DNA of 64,000 nt from Chamaesiphon sp. (GCA_965246715.1 CBDFFH010000015.1:224001-288000), one strand, 5' to 3'; shown: positions 50,426 through 60,810, numbered from the stretch's first letter. The notes: generated from the letters alone by a model not told the origin. Made by a program: numbers and translations.

Positions 50426-51178
50426 TTATGGTTCGCCAGCCATAAATTCTAAATAATTTGCGGTTAATTCCTTCACTGCCACATCGAAAAATTGTTTGCC
50501 ATGTTCGGGCGTAGCGAGACTGGGATCGGAACCCATTCGGCCATCGGGGTAACGACGGCGAAAATCTGCTGCGCCGAGAATTTTGCGCTCCTTCGTGAGG
50601 AGATCTGGGTCTAATGGCGTATATTTAATTGCTTCGGGATAGATATACTGGGTGAGAGCAATTTCCGAAGGGGTGGCATGAGAGCCTTCTCGATCGCCAT
50701 ATAGTTCTTTCGCAAGCCGATAGACCCCACCACTCATAAACCAATTAGCCGTTACACATTCCACTCGATCGGCAGTTGGGACATTTAGATCTGCTAAATG
50801 TGCATAAGTTTCTGAAAAAGCTGCCTTCAGGGTAGCAATATTTCCACCATGACCGTTAATAAAAAAGAACTTAGTAAACCCCGATCGTGCCAAGCAGGTA
50901 ATATAATCTCGGATGACTAAAATCAGGGTACTCGGACGCAAACTAATCGTTCCTGGAAAATCGGCATGATGCAGTGCCATACCAACATTAATCGTCGGTG
51001 CCACGATCGCCTGAGCTGTCGCACCCACTGCTATAGAGATTGCCTCAGCACAGATCGCATCCGTGCCGATCGCCCCAGTCGGGCCATGTTGTTCGGTCGA
51101 ACCGATCGGCACGATAATGCCCTGAGAATGCTGGAGATAACTCTCAACTTCCGTCCAAGTACTGAGGTGTAAACGCAT
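50426..51178 (-). CDS. creatininase family amidohydrolase
   Basis: PIGSTEQHG, NGHGGN, HATPSE. Confidence 0.92.
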   Translation of the reverse strand: MRLHLSTWTEVESYLQHSQGIIVPIGSTEQHGPTGAIGTDAICAEAISIAVGATAQAIVAPTINVGMALHHADFPGTISLRPSTLILVIRDYITCLARSGFTKFFFINGHGGNIATLKAAFSETYAHLADLNVPTADRVECVTANWFMSGGVYRLAKELYGDREGSHATPSEIALTQYIYPEAIKYTPLDPDLLTKERKILGAADFRRRYPDGRMGSDPSLATPEHGKQFFDVAVKELTANYLEFMAGEP

Positions 51179-51354
51179 GTTTTGATATGATTAGCGATCG
51201 GAAGAGCAGCTGAGATTGCCAGTTAGTAACTATGCGTCACCAAACTGTAAGATTGTGACAAATACGCTCGCCTGCTATTAATAATGTAACCGAAAAAAAT
51301 CTACATCCCGATTTACCAACAAAGTTACCGCTCGTTTTCCTTCACCAGTTAGTT

Positions 51355-52116
51355 GTGATGATGCTCGCACTTAATATGTCGAATCCATCTGCAAGTCAGA
51401 CACCAGGCACCGTCACCAATCGCGTTTTAGTGGTAGAAGATGAAGAATCGATCAGAGAATTGCTAGTTCTGGGTCTAGAAGAGGAAGGTTATGAGGTAGT
51501 TGCTGTAGCCGACGGGCATACAGCGCTAGCGAAATGTCAAGCACGAGTTCCTCAAATTCTGGATTTTCCCTTTGACTTGATTATCCTCGACCTGATGTTG
51601 CCGCAAGTCAACGGTCTCGATCTGTGCCGCTTTCTACGATATCAAGGCAATCATGTACCAATTTTAATGGTCAGTGCCAAAACAACTGAAACCGATCGGG
51701 TATTGGGCTTAGAAGTGGGTGCGGATGACTATATCAGCAAGCCGTTTAGTATGCGGGAGTTAGTCGCTCGGTGTCGCGCCCTCCTCCGTCGCCATCGATT
51801 TAATGTATCTCCCGACACGCCTATATTGCAATTCCAAGATATTACCCTCTATCCCGAAGAATGTCGGGTATTGGTTAGGGGTGCGGGTGTCTTATTATCC
51901 CCGAAAGAATTTCGCTTGTTGGAGCTATTTATGCAGCACCCCCGTCGCGTCTGGGCGCGAGAGCAATTACTCGATCGGGTGTGGGGTAGCGACTTTATCG
52001 GCGATCGCAAAACCGTTGACGTTCACATCCGCTGGCTCCGCGAAAAACTCGAAACCGACCCCAGCCAGCCGCAGTATATTATTACCGTGCGGGGATTTGG
52101 GTATAGGTTTGGGTAG
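51355..52116 (+). CDS. sphR: OmpR/PhoB family response regulator, SphR(PhoB)-like
   Basis: LDLMLP, GADDYISKPF, KTVDVHIRWLREKLE, TVRGFGYRFG. Confidence 0.8.
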   Translation: MMMLALNMSNPSASQTPGTVTNRVLVVEDEESIRELLVLGLEEEGYEVVAVADGHTALAKCQARVPQILDFPFDLIILDLMLPQVNGLDLCRFLRYQGNHVPILMVSAKTTETDRVLGLEVGADDYISKPFSMRELVARCRALLRRHRFNVSPDTPILQFQDITLYPEECRVLVRGAGVLLSPKEFRLLELFMQHPRRVWAREQLLDRVWGSDFIGDRKTVDVHIRWLREKLETDPSQPQYIITVRGFGYRFG

Positions 52117-52117
52117 T

Positions 52118-52272
52118 CTCACATCTTGTATCAATGCATAGATACTATTACTGCCACAACCTCTGGGTACCCACAAGGGGCACCCCTACAGGTAACTTGT
52201 AGGGGTGCCCCTTGTGGGTACCCTCAGATCTCAGCTTATTAATAATACTTTCATGCTGGTGCAAGATGTGAG
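52118..52272. mobile_element. 155-bp MITE with internal REP-like palindrome
   Basis: TIR CTCACATCTTG(T)A / TGCAAGATGTGAG; TAGT on both flanks; inner palindrome 52165-52223. Confidence 0.82.
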
Positions 52273-52309
52273 TAGTGAAATATCCAACTTCAGGAAAAAG
52301 GTCTAGTGG

Positions 52310-53749
52310 ATGCCTGTAGACTACGATTTGGTAATTATTGGGGCGACAGCGACAGCAAGAGCGGCAGCGATCGAGGCATTAAATGTCCGGGCGCGGGTAG
52401 CGCTGATCTTGCCGCACTCAGCTAGCGATCGACTCCATCCGCAACGGGACTTTTACCCCTACGCACTGGCGCAAATAGCTAAAACCAACCGATCGAACCA
52501 ATTGCAGCTTCAGCAGCCAGCTAGCTATCCCTGGAAGTACGCACTAGCAGCGATCGATCGGCTCGAACAACAATCGAGCTTGGCATTATTAGCCACGATG
52601 GGTGTGGACACGATCGTCGGTGAGGGCGAATTTTGTCGTCGCCCTCATTTAGCATTTAATATCGGCCAAAGATACCTCCGCGCTCGTGCTTATCTAATGG
52701 CGACTGGCTCGATTTCCGCTTATCCATTGATTCCTGGGATCCAAGAAGTCGGTTATTTCGTGCTCGATCGATTGCCAGAAGTTGTCGATCTCCAAAAAAT
52801 TCCCCTCCGGTGGGCGATTATCGGTGCTGAAGCGATCGGTGTAGAATTAGCGCAGACACTGGCACGATTGGGGTGTCAGGTATCGTTGATCGTCGAAACA
52901 GCGCAAATTTTACCCTATGAAGATCTGGAACTTGCTAGTCCGATCCAAGCACAATTGGAAGCCGAGGGCGTGCAAATCTATCTAGAGACTCAAGTTACCA
53001 ATGTCAGTCGAGACAATGATGATAAATTAGTGACGATGGGCGACGATACGATCTGCGTCGATGAAATTTTTATCGCCTTACCCGATCGACCGTTAGTCGA
53101 ACCATTCAATCTCATAGGTGTCGGCGTAGATTACGATCTCAAAGGGATCTCGATCGATAACAAACTGCGAACCGTTCATCCTCAAATCTATGCCTGTGGT
53201 AGCGTCTGCGGTAACGTTTCGGGTGGTTATCGCAGCGATAGCCTGACCCGGTACGAAGCCAAAATTGTGGTACACAATGCGCTGACTCGGCGGAAAATCA
53301 AAGTCAATTATCAGAGTTATAACAGCCTGCCATGGGCGGTTTATACAGATCCACCACTGGCACGAGTCGGGATGCCGATTGGCTCGGCACTAAATAGCGA
53401 TCGTCAAGATTTAATCGTGCTAACCCAGTATTTTAAAACTTGCACGCAGGCAATTTTAACTAATACAACTAGTGGATTTTGCCAAATACTAGTCACTAGA
53501 ACCGGACAAATTAAAGGTGCCGAGATTATCGGTCAAAATGCTCCAGAACTGATTCAAATTCTCGCGCTGGCGATCCGCCAAAAGATGAGAATTACCGAAC
53601 TGGCCGCATCTACTGGATTATCTCCGAGTTATACCGAATTTATCTATCTCACCGCACAGGAATGGAAGACTTACCAGCGCACTCGACAGCTGACGCAACG
53701 TAGCTGGCTGATTCGGTGTTTGGATTGGTTGCGAACCAGATTTACTTAA
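52310..53749 (+). CDS. pyridine nucleotide-disulfide oxidoreductase family protein (Lpd/MerA-like, degenerate)
   Basis: YDLVIIG, ATGS, IIGAEAIGVELAQ, IYACG, YTDPPLARVG dimerisation domain. Confidence 0.85.
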   Translation: MPVDYDLVIIGATATARAAAIEALNVRARVALILPHSASDRLHPQRDFYPYALAQIAKTNRSNQLQLQQPASYPWKYALAAIDRLEQQSSLALLATMGVDTIVGEGEFCRRPHLAFNIGQRYLRARAYLMATGSISAYPLIPGIQEVGYFVLDRLPEVVDLQKIPLRWAIIGAEAIGVELAQTLARLGCQVSLIVETAQILPYEDLELASPIQAQLEAEGVQIYLETQVTNVSRDNDDKLVTMGDDTICVDEIFIALPDRPLVEPFNLIGVGVDYDLKGISIDNKLRTVHPQIYACGSVCGNVSGGYRSDSLTRYEAKIVVHNALTRRKIKVNYQSYNSLPWAVYTDPPLARVGMPIGSALNSDRQDLIVLTQYFKTCTQAILTNTTSGFCQILVTRTGQIKGAEIIGQNAPELIQILALAIRQKMRITELAASTGLSPSYTEFIYLTAQEWKTYQRTRQLTQRSWLIRCLDWLRTRFT

Positions 53750-53838
53750 ATAAATGAAGAACTAGATCTCTCGATCGCTGGTAGAGGTTTTGCGTGGCTA
53801 AATATTCTGTTTTACTTTAAAGTTTATCGATCGTAAAT

Positions 53839-54711
53839 ATGTTAACCGAATTCTTGAATTTACCAGGCTCGATCGGGGATATTTTAACATCACCATTAGT
53901 AGCGCTTCAATTTATGTCACCAGGAGAAGAGATTTTTCATCTTGGTAATTTCCGCTTGAAGTGGTATGGATTGTTAATTGCTTCGGCAGTACTAATCGGC
54001 GTAAATTTATCGATGTGGCTGGCAAAAAAACGCCAGGTCGATCCCGAAATCATGGCAGATTTAGCGATCTGGTTGGTATTGGCCGCAATTCCATCGGCAC
54101 GATTATACTATGTGATCTTTCAATGGCCAACCTATGCCCGCGATCCAGTCCAAATTTTGAAAATTTGGGAGGGGGGAATTGCGATTTATGGGGCGATTAT
54201 CGGGGGAACGATCGCGGCGATTATTTTTGCTAAACTCAAGCGGGTTTCATTTTGGCAACTAGGCGATTTAGTAGCGCCATCTGTCGCATTGGGTCAAGCG
54301 ATCGGTCGGTGGGGCAACTTCTTTAATTCGGAAGCATTTGGCGGCCCGACAGATTTACCGTGGAAGTTATTTATTCCTGTAGCAAATCGCCCATTTGAAT
54401 ATCGAAATTTTGAGTATTTTCATCCGACTTTCTTGTACGAATCGTTGTGGAATTTACTCGTATTTTTCATTTTAATGTATCTATTCATCAACGATACTCG
54501 ACGCAATCGATTAAAGACTGGTGCGATTTTTTTAATTTATCTAATCGCTTACGGAATCGGGAGATTTGGGGTAGAAGGTTTGCGGACGGATAGTTTGATG
54601 CTCGGCCCGCTCAGAATATCTCAGGTAGTTAGTTTAGTTGGAATCGCGATCGGCTCGATCGGCCTAGTCTGGCTGTACGTTCGGCAAAAAAAATTACCCG
54701 ATGTAGTCTGA
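53839..54711 (+). CDS. lgt: prolipoprotein diacylglyceryl transferase
   Basis: [30 protein letters not shown]. Confidence 0.95.
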   Translation: MLTEFLNLPGSIGDILTSPLVALQFMSPGEEIFHLGNFRLKWYGLLIASAVLIGVNLSMWLAKKRQVDPEIMADLAIWLVLAAIPSARLYYVIFQWPTYARDPVQILKIWEGGIAIYGAIIGGTIAAIIFAKLKRVSFWQLGDLVAPSVALGQAIGRWGNFFNSEAFGGPTDLPWKLFIPVANRPFEYRNFEYFHPTFLYESLWNLLVFFILMYLFINDTRRNRLKTGAIFLIYLIAYGIGRFGVEGLRTDSLMLGPLRISQVVSLVGIAIGSIGLVWLYVRQKKLPDVV

Positions 54712-54803
54712 GATTGGTTAGAGTGAGCATCAGCACGATCGTTAATTAGTTCGCTAAATTTGGGCACACTGAGGCTAATCTAATTTTTCAATCGATCGAA
54801 ACT

Positions 54804-55058
54804 ATGGCTAATATCGCCACCGAATATGCCGTCCATCTCATGTTGTCCGGCGGTCATCGTGAGGAAGTCCGCTTCCCCACCGTCCAAGATTTTCAGAAAT
54901 GGTATAGTAGTGAACTTATGCCCAAATCTGGCTCGACTGATTTTATTACCGTGCCACTGAAGAACACTCAGGGCGAATATATGGTGCTTCGACCCGCATG
55001 TGTTGAAGCAATTCGAGTCGAACCGGTCTTTGCCTCCAGTATCGAGCGAGACTACTAG
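54804..55058 (+). CDS. conserved small cyanobacterial protein
   Basis: GGHREEVRFPTVQDFQKWY, QGEYMVLRP. Confidence 0.75.
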   Translation: MANIATEYAVHLMLSGGHREEVRFPTVQDFQKWYSSELMPKSGSTDFITVPLKNTQGEYMVLRPACVEAIRVEPVFASSIERDY

Positions 55059-55162
55059 ATTAGCGATCGCGGTTATTTACCAGACGAGAGGATATTGAAA
55101 CTCAAATCCATTAATCTCGTCACCGATTACTATGCTCAAAGCGTTATTCCTTACATTACTTC

Positions 55163-56374
55163 ATGATTAAGACACTGGCTTTACTCTCCCTGAATCTAGG
55201 TATTGCGCTAGGATTCAATCATCAGCCGCCGTTGCGGGTGAATATCGATCCCACTGCCAATATCCAAGCCAAGCAGACTACTCCCAGTACTTCCCCTAAT
55301 CCCAATTCTGCTGCTCCAGTCATCGAAGAAAGTCCCCTCGGCTTTGACGAGCAACTCTGGGGCAAAACTGGCGATAAAGCAGCACTGCTCAAATCGATCG
55401 ATCACAGTCTGCGTTATATCGAGACTCCCGCAGCTACCAAAGCTTATCAAAATTATGCCGTACAAGGGATCACACGCGATCGTGTGCGGCGTTCTCTGGT
55501 CAGATTTCGGCAGTTAGTCAACACCAGCAAATCGGCAGGTGAACTTCAAGCTGCTGTCAAACGTGAATTTATCTTTTATCAATCTATCGGAAAAGATAAT
55601 AAAGGTACCGTCCAATTCACTGGTTACTACGAGCCAATTTACGAAGCCAGTCGTAAGCAAACACCGGAATTCAAATATCCGCTCTACAAAGCTCCGGCTG
55701 ACTTTAGCAACTGGAAAGAACCCTTCCCCGAACGCGTTCAGCTAGAGGGTGCAGATGGGCTACAGGGCGCGCAGAGCGCTCTGGCAGGCAACGAGATCTT
55801 CTGGATGCGAGATCGATTTGAAGCGATCCTGGTGCAAATTCAGGGTTCGGCAGAACTCCATCTCACCGATGGTACTAAAACTACCGTGGGATATAACGGT
55901 GGTACTAATTTTGCCTACACCAGCATCGGTAAAGAGTTAGCAAAAGATGGCAAAGTTACGCCGAGCCAGCTTACCCTCCCTGGCATCATTAGTTATTTCC
56001 GGAATAATCCCCAGGAATTAAACGTATATGTTCCACGGTGGAAACGCTTTGTGTTTATGAAAGAAACCTTCAAAGGCGAGCCGATGGGGAGCATCAACGT
56101 TCCAGTCACACCCGATCGATCGATCGCGACTGATAAATCAATGATGCCGCCTGGAGCCTTAGCGTTAGTTCACACCGAACTCCCCTACAGTGGCAACGGT
56201 CGTTCGATCGAACAAAAATTAGTCAGTCGGTATGTCCTCGACCAAGATACTGGTAGCGCGATTACTGGCCCCGGACGTGTAGACTACTTCATGGGTACTG
56301 GAAAGGTCGCAGGAGATCGGGCTGGCGTTACTGGCGGCCCCGGACAGCTCTATTATCTATTGTTGAAAAGTTAG
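55163..56374 (+). CDS. mltA: membrane-bound lytic murein transglycosylase A
   Basis: FTGYYEP, QIQGS, SIATD, DQDTGSAITGPGRVDYFMG (3D domain). Confidence 0.92.
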   Translation: MIKTLALLSLNLGIALGFNHQPPLRVNIDPTANIQAKQTTPSTSPNPNSAAPVIEESPLGFDEQLWGKTGDKAALLKSIDHSLRYIETPAATKAYQNYAVQGITRDRVRRSLVRFRQLVNTSKSAGELQAAVKREFIFYQSIGKDNKGTVQFTGYYEPIYEASRKQTPEFKYPLYKAPADFSNWKEPFPERVQLEGADGLQGAQSALAGNEIFWMRDRFEAILVQIQGSAELHLTDGTKTTVGYNGGTNFAYTSIGKELAKDGKVTPSQLTLPGIISYFRNNPQELNVYVPRWKRFVFMKETFKGEPMGSINVPVTPDRSIATDKSMMPPGALALVHTELPYSGNGRSIEQKLVSRYVLDQDTGSAITGPGRVDYFMGTGKVAGDRAGVTGGPGQLYYLLLKS

Positions 56375-56412
56375 AAAATAACGATTTGTTTGGTAGTAAT
56401 CGATCCAAGCCG

Positions 56413-56445
56413 ATATCCTCGACTTTTTGGAAAAGTCGAGGATAT
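56413..56445 (+). terminator. intrinsic terminator after mltA
   Basis: ATATCCTCGACTTTT-TGG-AAAAGTCGAGGATAT followed by a T-run. Confidence 0.75.
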
Positions 56446-56592
56446 TTTTGCAAGCGAGGCTCGCTAAAATAGAACTTCGTGCTGGGCGAATTCACAATTC
56501 ATAATTCACAATTCATAATTTTTCTGGTTCAGGTGCCAGTAATTTTGTAAAATATCGATCGGACTACTCCACTGCAAAACCGATCCTCACCC

Positions 56593-57318
56593 ATGCCTGA
56601 TTCTACCGCTTCACCATCGATGCCCTTAGATCTCATTGAGTTGAAGGATAAGTTCGCGACTAGCACCACCAAAGAGCGATTGCAGATTCTCCCCAAGATC
56701 GTTGCGGCTGGAGTCCCTGGTATCGAATTATTAATCGACTGGCTCCACCACCAACGGGGAGAACTGCCGACAATTGTTACCGGAAATGTTTATCAAGCTT
56801 TATATGATAGCGAAGTCCCCGTCGCTAGAGAATTTCTCGATCGGGAGTTTCGCGATGGGATCGTACCATTGCGATCGAGTATGGGGATCGATTACACCAC
56901 GCTGCAAAAATTATTAGCCCGCCGTGAATTTCAAGCTGCCGATAAATTGACAGCAGAAAAACTCTGCGAGCTTGCAGGTACTGACGCGATCCAACGGAAG
57001 TGGATTTATTTTACGGAAGTCGAACGCCTACCACAACTCGACCTACACACGATCGATTCCCTGTGGAAATTACATTCCGAAGGTAAGTTTGGCTTCTCGA
57101 TTCAGCGCGATATGTGGCTGGGGATGGGCAAAAACTGGGATAAACTCTGGGTAAAAATCGGCTGGAAAAACGGTAATAACTGGACGCGCTATCCTGGATC
57201 GTTTACATGGGATCTGACAGCTCCCCAAGGGCATTTGCCCCTATCGAATCAATTGCGTGGTGTCAGGGTAATGTCATCGTTGCTATCGCATCCCGCTTGG
57301 AGCGAAATCGGTAGTTAA
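56593..57318 (+). CDS. gun4: GUN4 porphyrin-binding protein (Ycf53)
   Basis: GIDYTTLQKLL, RKWIYFTEV, SEGKFGFSIQR, WTRYP, GHLPLSNQLRG. Confidence 0.93.
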   Translation: MPDSTASPSMPLDLIELKDKFATSTTKERLQILPKIVAAGVPGIELLIDWLHHQRGELPTIVTGNVYQALYDSEVPVAREFLDREFRDGIVPLRSSMGIDYTTLQKLLARREFQAADKLTAEKLCELAGTDAIQRKWIYFTEVERLPQLDLHTIDSLWKLHSEGKFGFSIQRDMWLGMGKNWDKLWVKIGWKNGNNWTRYPGSFTWDLTAPQGHLPLSNQLRGVRVMSSLLSHPAWSEIGS

Positions 57319-57361
57319 GCTAATTGCAGTAGAGACGTTCCTGTAGAACGCCTCTATTACG

Positions 57362-57688
57362 CTAATGACGATCGTCACTGTCCCGATCTTCGCGCTCTTG
57401 GCGCTCTTGCCGATCTCGACGATATTCATACGATCCATGGCGTTCGCGCCGCTCGCTCCGTTCTTCCCGCCGAGAATTGCGGTGTTCCGGTTGACCGAGA
57501 ATTATAGTTGTCGAACCTACTTTAATCGCCGCAGAAGAGGGGAAGCTGACGACTACTTGTGCATAGCGATTATTCGCAGGATTTTGGTTGGCTGGAGCGG
57601 CATTGGTTGGTGCATTCATTGCCATTACTGGCTGTGAGATGGCGGTGGTAATAGCGACACCGATCGCTAAAGTAATTGTTTTTAACAT
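57362..57688 (-). CDS. small secreted protein with Arg/Glu/Asp-rich tail
   Basis: MLKTITLAIGVAITTAISQPVMA signal peptide from ATG 57688; charged C-terminus. Confidence 0.65.
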   Translation of the reverse strand: MLKTITLAIGVAITTAISQPVMAMNAPTNAAPANQNPANNRYAQVVVSFPSSAAIKVGSTTIILGQPEHRNSRREERSERRERHGSYEYRRDRQERQEREDRDSDDRH

Positions 57689-58105
57689 ATATGGCTTGCG
57701 AGTTTGTTTGGTCGATCTAAAGGCTGGTGCCAATCGAGTTGCTATCGGAGATATACCGATCGTACTCGTTACCAAGTAATTGTAACATCTACCCATAGTC
57801 ACGACTTTACAGTCAAACCTACTGTATATATTGCGATCGAGTGAAACTAACGAGCGTTTTTGTTGCAATAAAATGGTTTAACTTTACCCGCCCATCGATC
57901 GGCAAAACTAGCAAGATAGATATCATCCCAGCAACAACTTCCCGATGCTTAATTAAGTGCAATTTCTCATAGACTAGCAAATGCTAATATAAACTCCATT
58001 CTCCAAGAAGAGACTTCGCCAACGACAGTTTCAATTTCTGTTTCGATTGATTTGGATAACTTGAGTCACATTATCTCTCAACTTCATATAATAACTCTCG
58101 CCTAT

Positions 58106-58334
58106 AAATCCCCTCCTTGGAGGGGTGCCCGAAGGGCGGGGTGCCCGAAGGGCGGGGTGGGTTAGATCTTCCTTGTCACCATCTAAATTCGAATGCGTTA
58201 ACATCGCTAGAATCAAATAACAAACCTGGTATGTCCATGCTAAATCTCCAGAGATGAGGTAATTGAAAGATTGTTAGTGAGTCGCGGAGATCTACCCACC
58301 CCGCCTTTCAGGCACCCCTCCGAGGAGGGGATTT
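58106..58334. repeat. inverted pair of REP-like CCCCTCC..GGAGGGG elements
   Basis: AAATCCCCTCCTTGGAGGGG(TGCCCGAAGGGCGGGG)x2TGGGTTAGATC mirrored by GATCTACCCACCCCGCC..CACCCCTCCGAGGAGGGGATTT. Confidence 0.8.
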
Positions 58335-58406
58335 TATTGACTTGTGGGTGGGTGAACGGGAATACTAATTGTAAGCACGAATATTCCCACCTCAGCCGCC
58401 TCAGCT

Positions 58407-59789
58407 ATGAGCTACTGCATCAGCCCCACCTGTCCCGCTCCAGATAAGAATAGCCCCACCACCAATTTCTGTATGTCCTGTGGGGCGAAGATCCTGCTCA
58501 AGGATCGCTATCGTGCGCTGAAGTTATTGGGACAAGGTGGGTTTGGTAAAACCTTCAAAGCAGTGGATGAAGACCAACCCCGTAAGCCGTTGTGTGCCAT
58601 CAAACAGTTTGCATTTAGCAACAATCATCCCGCTACCAGACAGATTGCGCTCAAGCTGTTCTACGAGGAGGCACAACATTTAGAGGCTTTGGGCAAACAC
58701 GACCAGATTCCCGAACTCCTTGCCTATTTTGATGTCGAGGGTCAACCCTATCTGGTGCAACAGTTTATCGATGGGCAAGATTTGGAGCAGGAATTAGCCA
58801 CCGCAGGCACTTTTAACCAAGCCAAGATCCGCGAATTACTGGAGTCGTTATTACCAGTTTTAGATTTCTTACACCATCAGTCACCACCAGTGATTCATCG
58901 CGATATCAAGCCAGCCAATATTATTCGGCGGCGTAGTGATGGTGGTTTGGTATTGGTCGATTTTGGTGCGGCGAAGCAGGCGACTCAATCGATGTTGGCT
59001 AAAACTGGAACGGCGATTGGTAGTGCGGAATTTGTAGCACCGGAGCAAGCTAGACGGAAGCCAGTATTTGCTAGCGATATTTATAGTTTAGGGGTAACTT
59101 GTATCTACTTGCTCACTCAAGTTTCACCTTTCGATTTGTTCGATATAAATCAGGATGCTTGGGTGTGGCGAGATTATTTAGTGAATAATCCGGTGGATGA
59201 AAAGCTGGGTAAGGTATTAGACAAGATGATTGCTAATTCTCTGAATCAACGATATCAATCGGCAGCAGAGGTATTAGCAGCATTAGAGCAAAAACTCGAT
59301 CGTTTCAATACTTTATTCAATCCAGCCATCCAAGCACCTCATCGAGTGCCATTAAAACTAGATGCTCAAAACAACATTCTTGCGGCATTTCGGCGTGGAC
59401 AAAGAGTTTTTAGCGAGATGGATCTCAGTAGTCTCGATTTCTCCAAAGCCCACCTACCTGGCATTACTCTCTCCATTGCCAATTGTGCCTATATCAACCT
59501 CCAGGGTGCGAACTTATCTCGTGGCAAGTTCGATAAAGCCGATCTCGGTGGTGCAGTACTCAAGAATACCGATCTCAGTTTCGGCTTTTTTAGCTATGCC
59601 AACCTGCAAAATGCCGATCTGCGGGGTGCCGATCTGAGTGAAGCCTATCTCAATCATGCCAATCTGAATGGTGCGAATTTGTGTGGCGCAAATTTGAAAG
59701 GTGCCAAAGTTACAGAAGAACAGTTAAATCAAGCTAAAACAAATGTTATGACTGTCTTTCCCAATGGAAAACGCGGCGGATTCTGGTAG
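58407..59789 (+). CDS. Hanks-type Ser/Thr kinase with N-terminal Cys4 motif and pentapeptide repeats (SpkB-like)
   Basis: GQGGFG, HRDIKPAN, DFG, APE; A(D/N)Lxx repeats. Confidence 0.92.
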   Translation: MSYCISPTCPAPDKNSPTTNFCMSCGAKILLKDRYRALKLLGQGGFGKTFKAVDEDQPRKPLCAIKQFAFSNNHPATRQIALKLFYEEAQHLEALGKHDQIPELLAYFDVEGQPYLVQQFIDGQDLEQELATAGTFNQAKIRELLESLLPVLDFLHHQSPPVIHRDIKPANIIRRRSDGGLVLVDFGAAKQATQSMLAKTGTAIGSAEFVAPEQARRKPVFASDIYSLGVTCIYLLTQVSPFDLFDINQDAWVWRDYLVNNPVDEKLGKVLDKMIANSLNQRYQSAAEVLAALEQKLDRFNTLFNPAIQAPHRVPLKLDAQNNILAAFRRGQRVFSEMDLSSLDFSKAHLPGITLSIANCAYINLQGANLSRGKFDKADLGGAVLKNTDLSFGFFSYANLQNADLRGADLSEAYLNHANLNGANLCGANLKGAKVTEEQLNQAKTNVMTVFPNGKRGGFW

Positions 59790-59878
59790 AGAATATTAAA
59801 AACAGATAGATTCACAAACCATTTAGATTTATTGACACCGTAGTTCAATTGGATATTCAGTGAAATTAGGATCGTTTA

Positions 59879-59980
59879 TAAGCTGTTCGACATTTAAAGT
59901 ATGTCCGCCGTTGGTTTCGACTCCGCTCAACCAACTGGTTTGAAAAAGTCAGGTAGGTGATTTAGATGTTCCACAGCTTA
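59879..59980. mobile_element. degenerate ~100-bp MITE interrupting the PIN toxin gene
   Basis: Imperfect TIR TAAGCTGTTCGACATTTAAA / TTTAGATGTTCCACAGCTTA; internal hairpin GTTGGTT-TCGACTCCGCTC-AACCAAC. Confidence 0.55.
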
Positions 59981-60278
59981 GACTAGTCTCGATTGGATCG
60001 CGATGATGAAGCGGTAGATTCATTACCCTAACTGTATCGGCGAAAGAAATTGGTAACAAGATGATTCCAGCAGGTTCTAAACTAGCTTCGATCGATTCAT
60101 AGTTCGATCTGAGCGATAATTTTCCAATGCTTAATTTAATCGCTATTTCCCGTAGACTAGCAATGCCAAGATAAACTCGATCTGCATTTTCAACGTCTAT
60201 CTTTATCGATTCGGGCAATTTGGGATCGTTCTCTGAATACCAGATGAAAGCATGAGTATCCAAAAGTAAATTAGTCAC
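59949..60278 (-). pseudogene. vapC: VapC/PIN toxin, C-terminally disrupted
   Basis: LLLDTHAFIW, SLREIAIK, LPLHHRDP then loss of the FDR..IAQA motif. Confidence 0.8.
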
Positions 60279-60493
60279 TATGTATACTCCTGAAAATCTT
60301 TTAGTGGCTCATCAAAGTCCTCGGATAGGGGTAAAGCAAATGTGCCTTTTAGAAAGCCTGCTTGCCGCTTTTTTTGTGGTGGCGAAGTATTTTTAGTATG
60401 AGTTTCTAGTAAGAATTGCGTATAGTGAAGGACTTCTTGCTGAAGTGAATCAGGCAATTTGTGAAGATATTCTAAGATTGTGGTTTCTAGCAT
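60278..60493 (-). CDS. DUF2281-type antitoxin
   Basis: LPDSLQQEVLHYTQFL, AGFLKG..SEDFDEPLKDFQEY; 1-nt overlap with the PIN gene. Confidence 0.85.
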   Translation of the reverse strand: MLETTILEYLHKLPDSLQQEVLHYTQFLLETHTKNTSPPQKKRQAGFLKGTFALPLSEDFDEPLKDFQEYT

Positions 60494-60534
60494 TGCGGAA
60501 CCTCAGTTTATGTCTGTATTTATATTGTTATCTA

Positions 60535-60810
60535 TTAATTTACTTTGAACTCGCTCATCGATCCATCGATCGAATTCAACACTATCCCCATATTCCGCCT
60601 CACATCAATATCATTAAACCTTAAAAATCTCACACCCAAAGATTCTAAACGTTCCTGTCTAATTTCATCGTTAATCTTTGCTTCTTCGCCATCGTGACTG
60701 CTGCCATCAATCTCACTAGCTAGCTTCACATCCTTGCAATAGCGATCGATCGGACGTTGCCTGTCAAAATCATAACCCCGCATCTACTTCCGTTTCAAGC
60801 GTTGCCACTC
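60535..60810 (-). pseudogene. DUF559 (Vsr-like) endonuclease remnant
   Basis: WQRLKRK*MRGYDFDRQRPIDRY(missing IVDFY)CKDVKLASEIDGSSH..RQERLESLGVRFLRF; in-frame TAG and no N-terminus. Confidence 0.8.

Noticed and set aside
50061..50452. Four overlapping ORFs of 71-105 aa
   Set aside because: Artefacts of the stop-poor GC-rich mosaic repeat
56490..56520. AATTCAC/AATTCAT heptamer run and similar runs at ~41172, ~47019, ~61617 and ~62843
   Set aside because: Ordinary cyanobacterial short tandem repeats with no further structure seen
58031..58216. 61-aa ORF containing THPALRAPRPSGTPPRRG
   Set aside because: Translation of a REP-like repeat
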